From contig CALHWD010000019.1 of assembly GCA_938036825.1 (NCBI GenBank), positions 8,404-72,403 of the forward strand: a DNA stretch of 64,000 nt, given 5' to 3'. Both the position numbers and the translations under genes were made by a program. The notes beneath the pieces are model-generated. The model saw only the letters and a list, made by a program, of their open reading frames with translations, was not told the origin of the DNA and ran no database searches. This DNA is from an uncultured Candidatus Saccharibacteria bacterium (lineage in GTDB: Bacteria > Patescibacteriota > Saccharimonadia > Saccharimonadales > Saccharimonadaceae). The stretch's first letter is position 1, and every line of letters begins with the position of its first letter. This document shows positions 55,642-64,000 of this stretch, piece after piece.

Positions 55642-56276
55642 TGCAGCCGAAGCTTATTGTATTTGATCTCAACCATACCTTGATTCGCGATAACTCCTGG
55701 CGCAATCTCAATCTCGCCATGGGCATCACACCAGAAGAGGATGCCGCCTTGATAGCACGTGCCGCCCAGGGTGAGATAACCGATGCCGAGGGCCAAGCCT
55801 GGCTGTTGCAGCGGTACCAGCAGCGGGGCGACTGCCACAGAGAGGCGGTGCGGCGTGTCCTCAGCCAGTACACCTATATGCCACATGCTCAAATGGTTGT
55901 TGCAGCGCTTCAAGCGCGAGGTTACCGTGTGGCTATTAACTCTGGTGCGATGGATATCTTGGTAGGCATGGTAGCAGAGCAGCTTGGCGTCGCACTTTGG
56001 CGCGCGAGCAATCATTTTATCTTTGATGATCAAGACATGATGTGCCAGATTGATGCACCAGATAACGATGCGGCGGCTAAGCTACAGCAGCTCCGTGAGC
56101 TAGCTGCCGAGCAGCAGGTCTCGCTGAGCGACTGCCTAGTGGTGGGCGATGGGGCGAACGACCTACCACTCTTTGCCGCGACAGGCAATGGGGTAGCCTT
56201 TGCTGACTCACCCGCTGCTAGGCACGCACGATGGGTTATCGCCGACCTCCGTGATGTGTTGACGATTGTTGAATAA
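55641..56276 (+). CDS. HAD-IB family hydrolase (phosphoserine phosphatase-like)
   Basis: IVFDLNHTL motif I and VGDGANDLPLF motif IV. TAATG overlap with the previous gene. Confidence 0.7.
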   Translation: MQPKLIVFDLNHTLIRDNSWRNLNLAMGITPEEDAALIARAAQGEITDAEGQAWLLQRYQQRGDCHREAVRRVLSQYTYMPHAQMVVAALQARGYRVAINSGAMDILVGMVAEQLGVALWRASNHFIFDDQDMMCQIDAPDNDAAAKLQQLRELAAEQQVSLSDCLVVGDGANDLPLFAATGNGVAFADSPAARHARWVIADLRDVLTIVE

Positions 56277-56380
56277 GAACTTCCGCCACTCCATTTGACA
56301 TCCTTTGCGCTATTCGCTACACTGGTGGGTAGATATCCGGCCGGCAGGTCGGAGTTTTTCATAGAAAGGAGTAATGTAAT

Positions 56381-57496
56381 ATGGAAGACCTTAATATCAA
56401 GCAGCTCGCACTGGCTTTGCGTACAATCGCTGACGAGAAAAACTTACCTGAGGAAACTATCCTAGGTGTGATCGAGCAAGCAATTGCTGCCGCGTGGCGC
56501 CGCGACAATGGTGAGCGCGACCAAAACGTTCGGGCTGAGCTCAACCTCAACGACGGTACAGCAAAGGTGTTCGTCATTCGTGAGATCGTTGAAGAAGTTA
56601 ACTTCCCATCGACAGAGGTCAGCCTAGAAGAAGCACGGGTGGCAAACCCCGATGCCGAGCTGGGTGGCACCGTTGAGGAGACGCACAATGTGACGAGCTT
56701 TGGCCGTGTGGCAGCCCAGACTGCCAAGCAGGTGGTGTTGCAGCGCTTGCGCGAAGCTGAGCGCGAGGTGGTGCTTGCAGAGTTCGAAGACAAGATTGGT
56801 ACCGTTGTGACGGGTATTGTTCAACGGGTTGAGCCACGCGTCGTGCGCGTTGAACTGGGCAAGGCAACTGGAATCTTGCCGCAAAGCGAACAGATCCAAG
56901 GTGAGCGCTATGTGCCAGGCAGTCGCATTAAAGTATTTATCAAGGACATCGAGCGCGACAATCGTGGTCCACAGCTTATCCTTAGTCGTGGCAACGAAGC
57001 CTTCATTGAGTATCTCTTCCGTCAAGAGGTACCAGAGCTCGAGACAGGGGCAGTTGAGATTAAGGGGATCGCCCGCGAAGCAGGTCGCCGCACTAAGCTG
57101 GCTGTTCTGAGCACCGTGCCAGGGATCGACCCGGTTGGTACTTTCGTGGGTGGGCATGGCACACGGGTCAATGCCGTTGTTAATGAGATTGGCGACCAAG
57201 AAAAGATCGACATTATTATGTACGACGAAAACACCGACACGTACATTCGCAACGCCCTCAGCCCTGCTGAGGTAGTGCGGGTCGAGATCGACCGCGAGCA
57301 CAAGCACGCCAAGGTATATGTGACAGAGGACCAGCAGTCGATCGCGATTGGCCGTAGTGGGCAGAATGTTCGCCTGGCGAGCCGCCTTACGGGCTTTGAG
57401 CTTGATATCGAGACAGCAGCAAGCCAGCCAGCTGAGCGCAAGCCACGCAAGAATATCGAGGATGATCTCTTTAGCGCCATTGAAAACCAAGCGTAA
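56381..57496 (+). CDS. nusA: transcription termination/antitermination factor NusA
   Basis: N-terminal domain, S1 domain (GTVVTGIVQRVE) and two KH domains. AAGGAG Shine-Dalgarno. Confidence 0.95.
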   Translation: MEDLNIKQLALALRTIADEKNLPEETILGVIEQAIAAAWRRDNGERDQNVRAELNLNDGTAKVFVIREIVEEVNFPSTEVSLEEARVANPDAELGGTVEETHNVTSFGRVAAQTAKQVVLQRLREAEREVVLAEFEDKIGTVVTGIVQRVEPRVVRVELGKATGILPQSEQIQGERYVPGSRIKVFIKDIERDNRGPQLILSRGNEAFIEYLFRQEVPELETGAVEIKGIAREAGRRTKLAVLSTVPGIDPVGTFVGGHGTRVNAVVNEIGDQEKIDIIMYDENTDTYIRNALSPAEVVRVEIDREHKHAKVYVTEDQQSIAIGRSGQNVRLASRLTGFELDIETAASQPAERKPRKNIEDDLFSAIENQA

Positions 57497-57520
57497 AATT
57501 GCAAAGCGCTGCGACACGCC

Positions 57521-57548
57521 AACCCTACTCATAATAGAGTAGGGTTTT
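57521..57548 (+). terminator. rho-independent terminator after nusA
   Basis: AACCCTACTC/GAGTAGGGTT stem followed by TT(T)G. Confidence 0.7.
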
Positions 57549-57556
57549 GCGTGTTA

Positions 57557-57583
57557 TTAGCACTCCACCTTGACGAGTGCTAA
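57557..57583 (+). promoter_or_regulatory. CIRCE operator (HrcA binding site), perfect consensus
   Basis: TTAGCACTC-caccttgac-GAGTGCTAA equals the consensus TTAGCACTC-N9-GAGTGCTAA. Confidence 0.85.
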
Positions 57584-57598
57584 CAAGCAGCGTATACT
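57570..57598 (+). promoter_or_regulatory. predicted clpC promoter
   Basis: TTGACG (57570-75), a 17-nt spacer and TATACT (57593-98). The -35 lies inside CIRCE. The leader of about 35 nt carries a GGAGG Shine-Dalgarno. Confidence 0.65.
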
Positions 57599-57638
57599 GA
57601 GTAGGGTGGCTTTTTGGCCACAGATTTTGGAGGACGAC

Positions 57639-60131
57639 ATGGAAGATGATTTTGCAGATTTTATTAGCCATTTGAGTGATGATGCTCGCCTGAGCGTCCA
57701 GTATGCTGATGCAATTGCCCGTGGGTATGGCAACCCCTATATCGGTACCGAGCACTTACTGCTTGGTATTCTGAGCCAAAGTGCCAGCCTCGGTACCAAG
57801 GTACTCGCTGATGCTGGTATTACGCTGCGCCGGGCGGAAGATTCACTTCATCTGCAGCCGCTCAAGAATATTACGGTACGGACTGGTGGGGCAACTGGTC
57901 TGTCCGAGACGGCTCTATTGACACTTCGGATGGGGTGGGAAATCGCGAAGGAATATGAGCATGATGAGCTCGGTACAGAGCATATTCTCTATAGCTTGCT
58001 CAAGCAAAACAACGCCCGCGCAACTGTATTGCTACGCGAAATGGGGGCAGATACCGAGGCGATCGTCCGCAACCTCGAAGCCCACTTTGATGATATACGT
58101 GAAGAAGAGAGTCACGGTGGCACAAGTACTCGCACCGATACGAAGTATCGGCCAGCGCCGCGGGGTGGCAATGCGCTGAGCAAATATAGCATTGACCTCA
58201 CGGCCAAGGCAGCCGATGGTGAGCTTGATACTGTGGTAGGGCGAGCACGCGAGACCGAACGCCTTGTAACAATTCTCAGCCGTCGCACCAAGAATAACCC
58301 TGTCTTGCTGGGTGAGCCAGGGGTAGGTAAGACGGCCATCGTTGAAGGCCTCGCGCAGCGGATTGTCCGCGAGGATGTGCCAGATAATTTGCTCGACAAG
58401 CGAGTGGTTATGCTCGATATGACGGCGATTGTCGCTGGTACTAAGTACCGTGGGCAGTTCGAGGAGCGGCTAACAGCACTGATTCGCGAGATTACCAAGC
58501 AGGGCAACATCATTGCCTTTATCGATGAATTGCACATGCTTGTAGGGGCTGGCTCAGCAGAGGGTGGGGCAATGGACGCAGCTAATATCCTCAAGCCGGC
58601 GCTAGCCCGAGGTGAGCTGCACCTCATCGGTGCGACGACGCTGGAGGAGTATCACAAGCATATCGAGAAAGACAGCGCGCTCGAGCGTCGCTTTCAGACA
58701 GTACTCGTTAAGGAGCCAAGTGTGAAGGATACGGTGGCAATCCTCAAGGGGCTGCGCAACTACTATGAGAAACATCACGGGGTGAAGATTAGTGATGATG
58801 TGATCGAGTCAGCGGTGTATATGAGCGACCGCTATGTGGCCGATCGCTTTATGCCAGACAAGGCGATTGATGTGATTGATGAAGCAGCAGCTCTGGTACG
58901 CGTTAAGAAAGGACATAAGCCAAGCAAGCAGCGCGAGTATGTCCGTGAGCTCAAAGCACTGAATGAGAAAATGGAAGATGCCGTAGCAGCAGAAGACTAT
59001 GAGCGCGCTGCTCTCTATAAGCAGCGTATTAGCCAGTTGACCGACCAGCTTGAGCAAGCACGTCGCGAGCAAAGTCGCAAAACTCCACTGGTACTCACCG
59101 AGGATAATATTGCTCATGCCATTGCTGTGATGACACACATCCCGGTTGAGAAAGTTCGCACAAGTGAGGCGAAGCTCCTGCGTAATCTTGAGAAACACCT
59201 TGGCAAATATCTGATTGGCCAGGAAGAAGCGGTTGGCAAAGTTGCTCGTGCTATCCGGCGAAGTCGTAGTGGCGTGGCGAGCAGCCAGCGGCCGATCGGT
59301 AGCTTTGTCTTTATGGGGCCAACTGGTGTCGGCAAGACCGAGCTGGCGCGCGTGCTTGCTCGTGAGGTATTCGGTTCAGACGACGCGCTGATTAAGATCG
59401 ATATGAGTGAGTTTGGCGAGAAGCATACCGCGAGCCGACTTGTTGGTGCGCCTGCTGGTTATGTAGGCTACGATGATGGCGGCAAATTGACAGATAAGGT
59501 GCGGCGTCAACCCTATAGTGTGGTGTTGTTTGATGAAATCGAAAAGGCTCACCCCGATATCTTCCAGATGTTGCTGCAGCTCCTTGAGGATGGCACATTG
59601 ACCGACTCGACTGGTCGTGTCGTGAGCTTCCGCAACACAATCATCATCCTTACTAGCAATCTCGGTGCAGATAAAATGCAGCACAATCGCAGCCTCGGCT
59701 TCCAGGCCAAACTAGCCGACGAGGACGATACAGCACAGCAGCAGCGACGCAATGAGTCGTATACTCGTGAGGCACTGGAGCGATTCATGCGACCGGAGCT
59801 AATCAATCGGTTTGATGCAATCATCACCTTCCGCCCACTTACTAAGCCAGAGGTTGGGAAGATATTCGACTTGCAGATTGCCGAGCTTAATCGGCGTTTG
59901 GCTCGTCAGAGCCTTGCCGTTAAGGTGTTGCCAGCGGCAAAGCGACGGTTGATCGCTCAGGGCTACAGCCGCACCTTTGGGGCGCGGCCGCTGCGGCGCA
60001 CGATTGAGGACGAGCTGGAACATCGCCTTGCAGAGGGAATTCTGGCTCGTCACTACGCCAAAGGGTCGGTCTTGACAGTTGGAGTACGAAAAGGGGAGCT
60101 GACGATTGACGCACGTAGCGAAAAGGCCTAA
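57639..60131 (+). CDS. clpC: ATP-dependent Clp protease ATP-binding subunit ClpC
   Basis: Clp_N repeats, two AAA modules ([16 protein letters not shown]) and a UVR-like linker ([12 protein letters not shown]). GGAGG Shine-Dalgarno before the ATG at 57639. Confidence 0.93.
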   Translation: MEDDFADFISHLSDDARLSVQYADAIARGYGNPYIGTEHLLLGILSQSASLGTKVLADAGITLRRAEDSLHLQPLKNITVRTGGATGLSETALLTLRMGWEIAKEYEHDELGTEHILYSLLKQNNARATVLLREMGADTEAIVRNLEAHFDDIREEESHGGTSTRTDTKYRPAPRGGNALSKYSIDLTAKAADGELDTVVGRARETERLVTILSRRTKNNPVLLGEPGVGKTAIVEGLAQRIVREDVPDNLLDKRVVMLDMTAIVAGTKYRGQFEERLTALIREITKQGNIIAFIDELHMLVGAGSAEGGAMDAANILKPALARGELHLIGATTLEEYHKHIEKDSALERRFQTVLVKEPSVKDTVAILKGLRNYYEKHHGVKISDDVIESAVYMSDRYVADRFMPDKAIDVIDEAAALVRVKKGHKPSKQREYVRELKALNEKMEDAVAAEDYERAALYKQRISQLTDQLEQARREQSRKTPLVLTEDNIAHAIAVMTHIPVEKVRTSEAKLLRNLEKHLGKYLIGQEEAVGKVARAIRRSRSGVASSQRPIGSFVFMGPTGVGKTELARVLAREVFGSDDALIKIDMSEFGEKHTASRLVGAPAGYVGYDDGGKLTDKVRRQPYSVVLFDEIEKAHPDIFQMLLQLLEDGTLTDSTGRVVSFRNTIIILTSNLGADKMQHNRSLGFQAKLADEDDTAQQQRRNESYTREALERFMRPELINRFDAIITFRPLTKPEVGKIFDLQIAELNRRLARQSLAVKVLPAAKRRLIAQGYSRTFGARPLRRTIEDELEHRLAEGILARHYAKGSVLTVGVRKGELTIDARSEKA

Positions 60132-61104
60132 GCGCCTCCTCTCAACACTGGTCGGTCTGGTGATGATCGGTGGCATGGCCTGGGCTGGGCTGACCTATGG
60201 CCCGGAGCTCTACGATGCTGCAGTGGCGAGCCGGTACCAGCCCGATAGTGCAATGCAAGCGGTGATTGATCAGCTTGAGCTGACCGATAAAGGTCGGCAG
60301 CTGCTCTATGCGAGTCAGCCACAATTACAAGACAAGGCTGAGTTTAACAAAAGCTGCAAATCGACAGAGCGCACAGCAGCTATCCTTGGTTGCTACCACC
60401 TGCGCCGGATTTACGTCTACAATGTACAGAATCAAGAACTGACTAACGCCGAACCCGTCACGACAGCACACGAGTTATTACATGCCGCATATGAGCGGCT
60501 TGGTTCGGGCGAGCGACAGCGGATCGACAAGCTTATCGAAGCAGAGTACGCCAAGATCAAGACCAATCCGGTCATTGCCTCAATGGTGAAGTATTATGAC
60601 CAGGCCGAACCAGGCGAGCGTAATAATGAGCTTCATTCTATTATTGGTACACAGATTGGTACAATCAACAGCGAGTTAGAGCAGCACTATAGTCGGTATT
60701 TTCGTAATCGTGCGGCGATTGTCGCACGCAGTGATGCTTACCAAGCTGTCTTTGACAAAGTCGATCAAGAAGCCAAAGCGCTCAGCAAGGCAATCAACCA
60801 AGAAGCTACCCAGCTTCCTACTGATCAAGCACAGTACAAAGAGATGGCTGAGCAGCTGTCGGCTGATATTAAGGTGTTTAATGCGAGAGCTCAAAATGGC
60901 GGCTTTCGCGATGATGCATCATTCCAGGCAGCACGTAAGAAGCTCTTAGCGCGTCAGCGAGCGCTTGAGGCACAACGGCTCGCGATTAATCAGCGCGTTG
61001 AGATATATAATGCGAAGATCACTCGGCTCAATGCCTTGTCAGTACGCGCTAATGAGCTGAACCAAAGCATTAATGGCATTGAGCAACCTAAGGAGCAAGT
61101 GTAA
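60106..61104 (+). CDS. hypothetical membrane-anchored HExxH protein with a coiled-coil C-terminus
   Basis: TTG start overlapping the clpC end by 26 nt. Basic N-terminus plus TM, HELLH motif, and TAATG overlap with radA. Confidence 0.55.
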   Translation: MTHVAKRPKRLLSTLVGLVMIGGMAWAGLTYGPELYDAAVASRYQPDSAMQAVIDQLELTDKGRQLLYASQPQLQDKAEFNKSCKSTERTAAILGCYHLRRIYVYNVQNQELTNAEPVTTAHELLHAAYERLGSGERQRIDKLIEAEYAKIKTNPVIASMVKYYDQAEPGERNNELHSIIGTQIGTINSELEQHYSRYFRNRAAIVARSDAYQAVFDKVDQEAKALSKAINQEATQLPTDQAQYKEMAEQLSADIKVFNARAQNGGFRDDASFQAARKKLLARQRALEAQRLAINQRVEIYNAKITRLNALSVRANELNQSINGIEQPKEQV

Positions 61105-62459
61105 TGGCACGAGCTCGCACGGTGTTTGTTTGTCAGCAGTGTGGTGCGCGCTCACCAAAATGGACCGGTAAGTGTGAACAATGCGGCCAGTGGAATAGCC
61201 TCGTTGAGCAAGCGCCAGCCCCGGTGGGCAAATCGGCTGTGGCACGTAGCGCTGGCCAAGGTACGTTGCTACAGCCGCGGCCAATCACTGCTGCAAGCCA
61301 GGATGAGCCAGCAGCTCGGCTTGCAACGGGCATTGCCGATCTTGATACAGTGCTGGGTGGTGGTATTTTGCCTGGTGGTGTGCTGCTTCTGGCGGGGCAA
61401 CCGGGTATGGGCAAGAGCACTCTCTTGCTCCAGGTCGCGCATGCGGTTGCGCAGCAGCAAGCGGTGCTCTATATCAGTGGTGAGGAGTCGGCTGGGCAGG
61501 TAGCGCTGCGAGCCACGCGACTGGGTGCCGACCAGCACGAGGCATTATCGTTTGCAGCGAGCACGAGTGCTGATGATATTGCGGCTACCATCCGTACCGG
61601 CCAATACCAGCTGGTAATTGTCGATTCGATTCAGACGCTGAGCCTGGCTGAGATCACCAGTGCACCAGGCACTGTAAGCCAAATTACTAACGCCAGCAAC
61701 GTTATCATTCAAGCGGCCAAGCAATCAGGGACGGCGGTAGTGCTGGTGGGCCATGTGACGAAGGAAGGGTCGATCGCGGGACCCAAGGTACTTGAGCATC
61801 TCGTGGATGTGGTGCTGCAGTTTGAGGGCGATCGCTACGGCGGCTTTAAGGTAGTGCGGGCCATCAAGAACCGCTATGGTAGCACGAATGAAGCGGCGAT
61901 TTTTGCTATGGGTGAGCGTGGCCTGACAGTGGTAGAGAACCCCTCGGCAGCGCTACTTGCCGAGCGCCAAAATGCTGATGGTTCAGTAGTGCTGGCTACC
62001 CTCGAGGGTAACCGCCCTATCCTTGTCGAGATCCAAGCACTTGTCAATCCAACCCATTTCGGGTATCCTAAGAGGACAGCCAGCGGATTTGACCTCAACC
62101 GACTCAACCTTTTGATCGCTGTCCTCGAGCGGCGCACCAAATTGCAATTATCCGATAAAGATATCTACATCAACGTTGTCGGTGGACTCAAACTGGCTGA
62201 TCGGGCGGCCGACTTAGCCGTCGTCATGGCAATTGCTAGTGCTGCTGCTGGCCGACGCCTTGATGATGGCGTAGTAGTGTTTGGCGAAGTGGGCCTTGGC
62301 GGTGAAGTGCGCAGTGCCCAAGCGGCTGAGCGGCGCATTGCTGAGGCGCAAAAAATCGGTTTCACTAAAGCAATTGCTCCGCATTCTGGCCTTAAGACGC
62401 CCTTTGTTCATGATGTGCGCGATATCCGCAACGCGCTCATTACCTATCTAAAAACATAA
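61104..62459 (+). CDS. radA: DNA repair protein RadA/Sms
   Basis: Zinc finger CQQCG..CEQCG, Walker A GQPGMGKST, KNRYG and a Lon-like C-terminus. Confidence 0.95.
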   Translation: MARARTVFVCQQCGARSPKWTGKCEQCGQWNSLVEQAPAPVGKSAVARSAGQGTLLQPRPITAASQDEPAARLATGIADLDTVLGGGILPGGVLLLAGQPGMGKSTLLLQVAHAVAQQQAVLYISGEESAGQVALRATRLGADQHEALSFAASTSADDIAATIRTGQYQLVIVDSIQTLSLAEITSAPGTVSQITNASNVIIQAAKQSGTAVVLVGHVTKEGSIAGPKVLEHLVDVVLQFEGDRYGGFKVVRAIKNRYGSTNEAAIFAMGERGLTVVENPSAALLAERQNADGSVVLATLEGNRPILVEIQALVNPTHFGYPKRTASGFDLNRLNLLIAVLERRTKLQLSDKDIYINVVGGLKLADRAADLAVVMAIASAAAGRRLDDGVVVFGEVGLGGEVRSAQAAERRIAEAQKIGFTKAIAPHSGLKTPFVHDVRDIRNALITYLKT

Positions 62460-62472
62460 CAAAAGGAACAAC

Positions 62473-63657
62473 ATGCAATTATCTACTATTGTGTTGCTTA
62501 TCATCACACTTATTATCCTTGGCGAAGTCAGTTATCTTCTGGCTCGGTTGCCGCGTAACACGCTCAAGACGAAGGGGCGAGCACTGCTAGTCGATACGTC
62601 GGTGCTGATGGATGGCCGCATCACAGCCGTTGCCAAAACAGGATTTATTGGTGACACGCTGGTGATCCCCCGTAGTGTGGTGGGCGAGCTGCAATTTTTG
62701 GCAGATCATGCCGACAGCGACAAGCGAGCTCGCGCTCGTTATGGCCTTGATGTCGTGACGGAATTGCAGGCAATGGATGAAGTTGAGGTAGAGCTCTTGC
62801 AGGATGGCAGCAAAGCACGCGAGGGAGTTGACGAGCGATTGCTGAGCCTAGCTAAGCAGCATGGCGCGTGGCTGCTCACGATTGATTATAATCTCAACAA
62901 AGTTGCCGCCGTGGAAGGGATTGGCGTGCTCAACATGAATGAGCTGGCGCAAAGCATCCGGATGGCACATTTACCAGGTGAGCACCTGACGCTGGCGCTC
63001 CTTCAGAAGGGACAGGACGCTCATCAGGCGGTGGGGCACTTACCTGATGGCACGATGGTGGTCGTGGAGCAAGCCAGCAGCCAGTTGGGCTGCACCTGTG
63101 AAGTGAAGATTATTCGAAACCTTCAGACCGCTGCAGGTAAGATGATCTTTGCCAAGCTCGTCAAAAAGCCAGTAGTTCAGCCAGCCAAAGCGCGCTCAGC
63201 TGAAGCATCATCAGGAAAAGTAGTAGCGCAAGAAGAGTCGGCTACTCAACCATCTACTCAGCCCAAACCAGCAAAGACTTTGCGCTCTCGCCAACCAGCG
63301 CGAACCCGTGCTACCACAGTTCCAGCAGAAAAAACAGATAAGAAAAATGACCAGCCGGCCTCAAGCCAGCCCCAGCGAACGGCGCGTGTGGCTCATGAGA
63401 AAACAAAGCCAGCAGAGCAACCACAACCAAAGCAGCTAGCCAAGCGTACCTCTCGCGCACGAGCCGCTACAGCTCCGAAGTCTCCGCAGGCTGCTTCATC
63501 CCCTCAATCCAGATATACCAAGCAATCAACGGCGAGCAGTATCTCACAGGCACCCACGCAAGCTACCTCCAAGAAACGAACCGCTCGCTCGCCATCACGT
63601 CGCCGTGTTGACCACGAAGCAGCGCTGCTTGATTTGGTAAAAAAGCAGACGGATTAA
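62473..63657 (+). CDS. PIN/TRAM domain protein (YacL-like) with a long low-complexity C-terminal tail
   Basis: N-terminal TM, PIN domain (LVDTSVLMDGRI), TRAM-like segment, then about 170 aa rich in Pro/Ala/Gln/Ser/Lys. Confidence 0.8.
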   Translation: MQLSTIVLLIITLIILGEVSYLLARLPRNTLKTKGRALLVDTSVLMDGRITAVAKTGFIGDTLVIPRSVVGELQFLADHADSDKRARARYGLDVVTELQAMDEVEVELLQDGSKAREGVDERLLSLAKQHGAWLLTIDYNLNKVAAVEGIGVLNMNELAQSIRMAHLPGEHLTLALLQKGQDAHQAVGHLPDGTMVVVEQASSQLGCTCEVKIIRNLQTAAGKMIFAKLVKKPVVQPAKARSAEASSGKVVAQEESATQPSTQPKPAKTLRSRQPARTRATTVPAEKTDKKNDQPASSQPQRTARVAHEKTKPAEQPQPKQLAKRTSRARAATAPKSPQAASSPQSRYTKQSTASSISQAPTQATSKKRTARSPSRRRVDHEAALLDLVKKQTD

Positions 63658-63721
63658 GGTTGAAGTGTTCTTAGATTTAGTGCTTGATACATGTAACTCT
63701 CTAGTATATAATATGGTTATT

Positions 63722-64000
63722 ATGGCTAGGATAACAAAGTACGAATCGCCTGCATCGAGTGATTCTTGCTCAAGCACAGGAGAGAAGAAGTTGACGCGCG
63801 TAGTAGCTCGGGCTGTGAAGTTGGGGCGCGGTGTATTGCAGACGGGTGGATATAGCGATGAAGCTACTCGTCTATTTGAAAGATTTAGCAAAGAGCCGAT
63901 TCATCCAGATAGCGACCCAGAGCTGAAGGCGTATATCGATAAGCGTATCATGACGAGGCCAGAAGTCGTTCCAATTCATGCGCGAGCACCATGGCTTGAA
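63722..64000 (+). CDS. hypothetical protein, 5' fragment (runs off the window end)
   Basis: Open frame from the ATG (MARITKYESPA...) to base 64000. TATAAT at 63707-63712 lies 9 nt upstream. Not in the ORF track because no stop codon falls inside the window. Confidence 0.4.
   Translation, partial: MARITKYESPASSDSCSSTGEKKLTRVVARAVKLGRGVLQTGGYSDEATRLFERFSKEPIHPDSDPELKAYIDKRIMTRPEVVPIHARAPWLE

Noticed and set aside
56624-57532. 302-aa ORF antisense to nusA
   Set aside because: It is a shadow ORF that runs through the nusA terminator.
57557-57583. CtsR operator (GGTCAAA direct repeat) or HAIR element upstream of clpC
   Set aside because: The sequence is an inverted repeat, not a direct heptad repeat, and it matches CIRCE exactly. 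No GGTCAAA repeat is present.
1-64000. CRISPR arrays, tRNA/rRNA genes, transposases, integrases, prophage blocks
   Set aside because: I scanned the intergenic regions by eye. There are no regularly spaced direct repeats, no tRNA-like T-arm (GGTTCGAATCC-type) sequences, and no recombinase-like ORFs. A tRNAscan/Infernal run is still needed to exclude small RNAs inside the longer spacers.

Overview
This 64 kb window is a gene-dense stretch of bacterial chromosome (about 64 CDS, roughly 50% GC by eye), mostly housekeeping. I saw no rRNA, tRNA, CRISPR array, transposase or integrase. The gene content, many small membrane proteins and domain extensions suggest a reduced-genome Gram-positive-like or CPR lineage, possibly Saccharibacteria-like; this is inference only.

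Recognisable genes in order:
- nrdD (3' end), nrdG, an FNR-like flavoprotein, PAP2, rmuC, peptidase E, GH16-LRR.
- PNPOx, cdd, pheS, an MIP channel, two paralogous alpha/beta hydrolases flanking an HXXEE membrane protein.
- EXLDI and EVE proteins, pheT, thrE-like, FKBP, trxB, glpQ, ppa, rel, a type IV pilin, rpe-like, uvrB, an HNH protein.
- gatC, gatA, an inserted gene, gatB, two NUDIX genes, galU, DUF948/YtxH/DUF5665, dnaE, a SpoU methyltransferase, a PilB/GspE ATPase.
- Malic enzyme, rplS, an rnhB-yraN fusion, pepN, a DUF1524 nuclease, HAD, nusA, clpC, an HExxH protein, radA, PIN/TRAM.

Internal operon genes are often translationally coupled through ATGA, TGATG or TAATG overlaps.

Main findings:
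1. Nearly every operon-leading gene has a (TGn)TATACT/TATAAT -10 element 6-10 nt before its start codon and no usable Shine-Dalgarno. This predicts widespread leaderless mRNAs.
2. A perfect CIRCE operator overlaps the -35 of the clpC promoter.
3. The spacer between dnaE and the SpoU gene is highly structured, with a 15-bp perfect inverted repeat, a third repeat copy and an embedded extended -10.
4. Low-GC islets carry orphan genes: a 2-TM HNH nuclease, a MafI-like immunity protein, and a 592-aa orphan with a possible RelE/ParE-like C-terminus.
5. A small membrane protein with a HEPN-like Rx4H motif is inserted inside gatCAB.
6. An inverted pair of exported serine hydrolases flanks an HXXEE protein.

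I could not recognise a clear multi-gene novel system. The candidates are ranked honestly in the findings. All homology calls rest on motif recognition by eye and need database confirmation.
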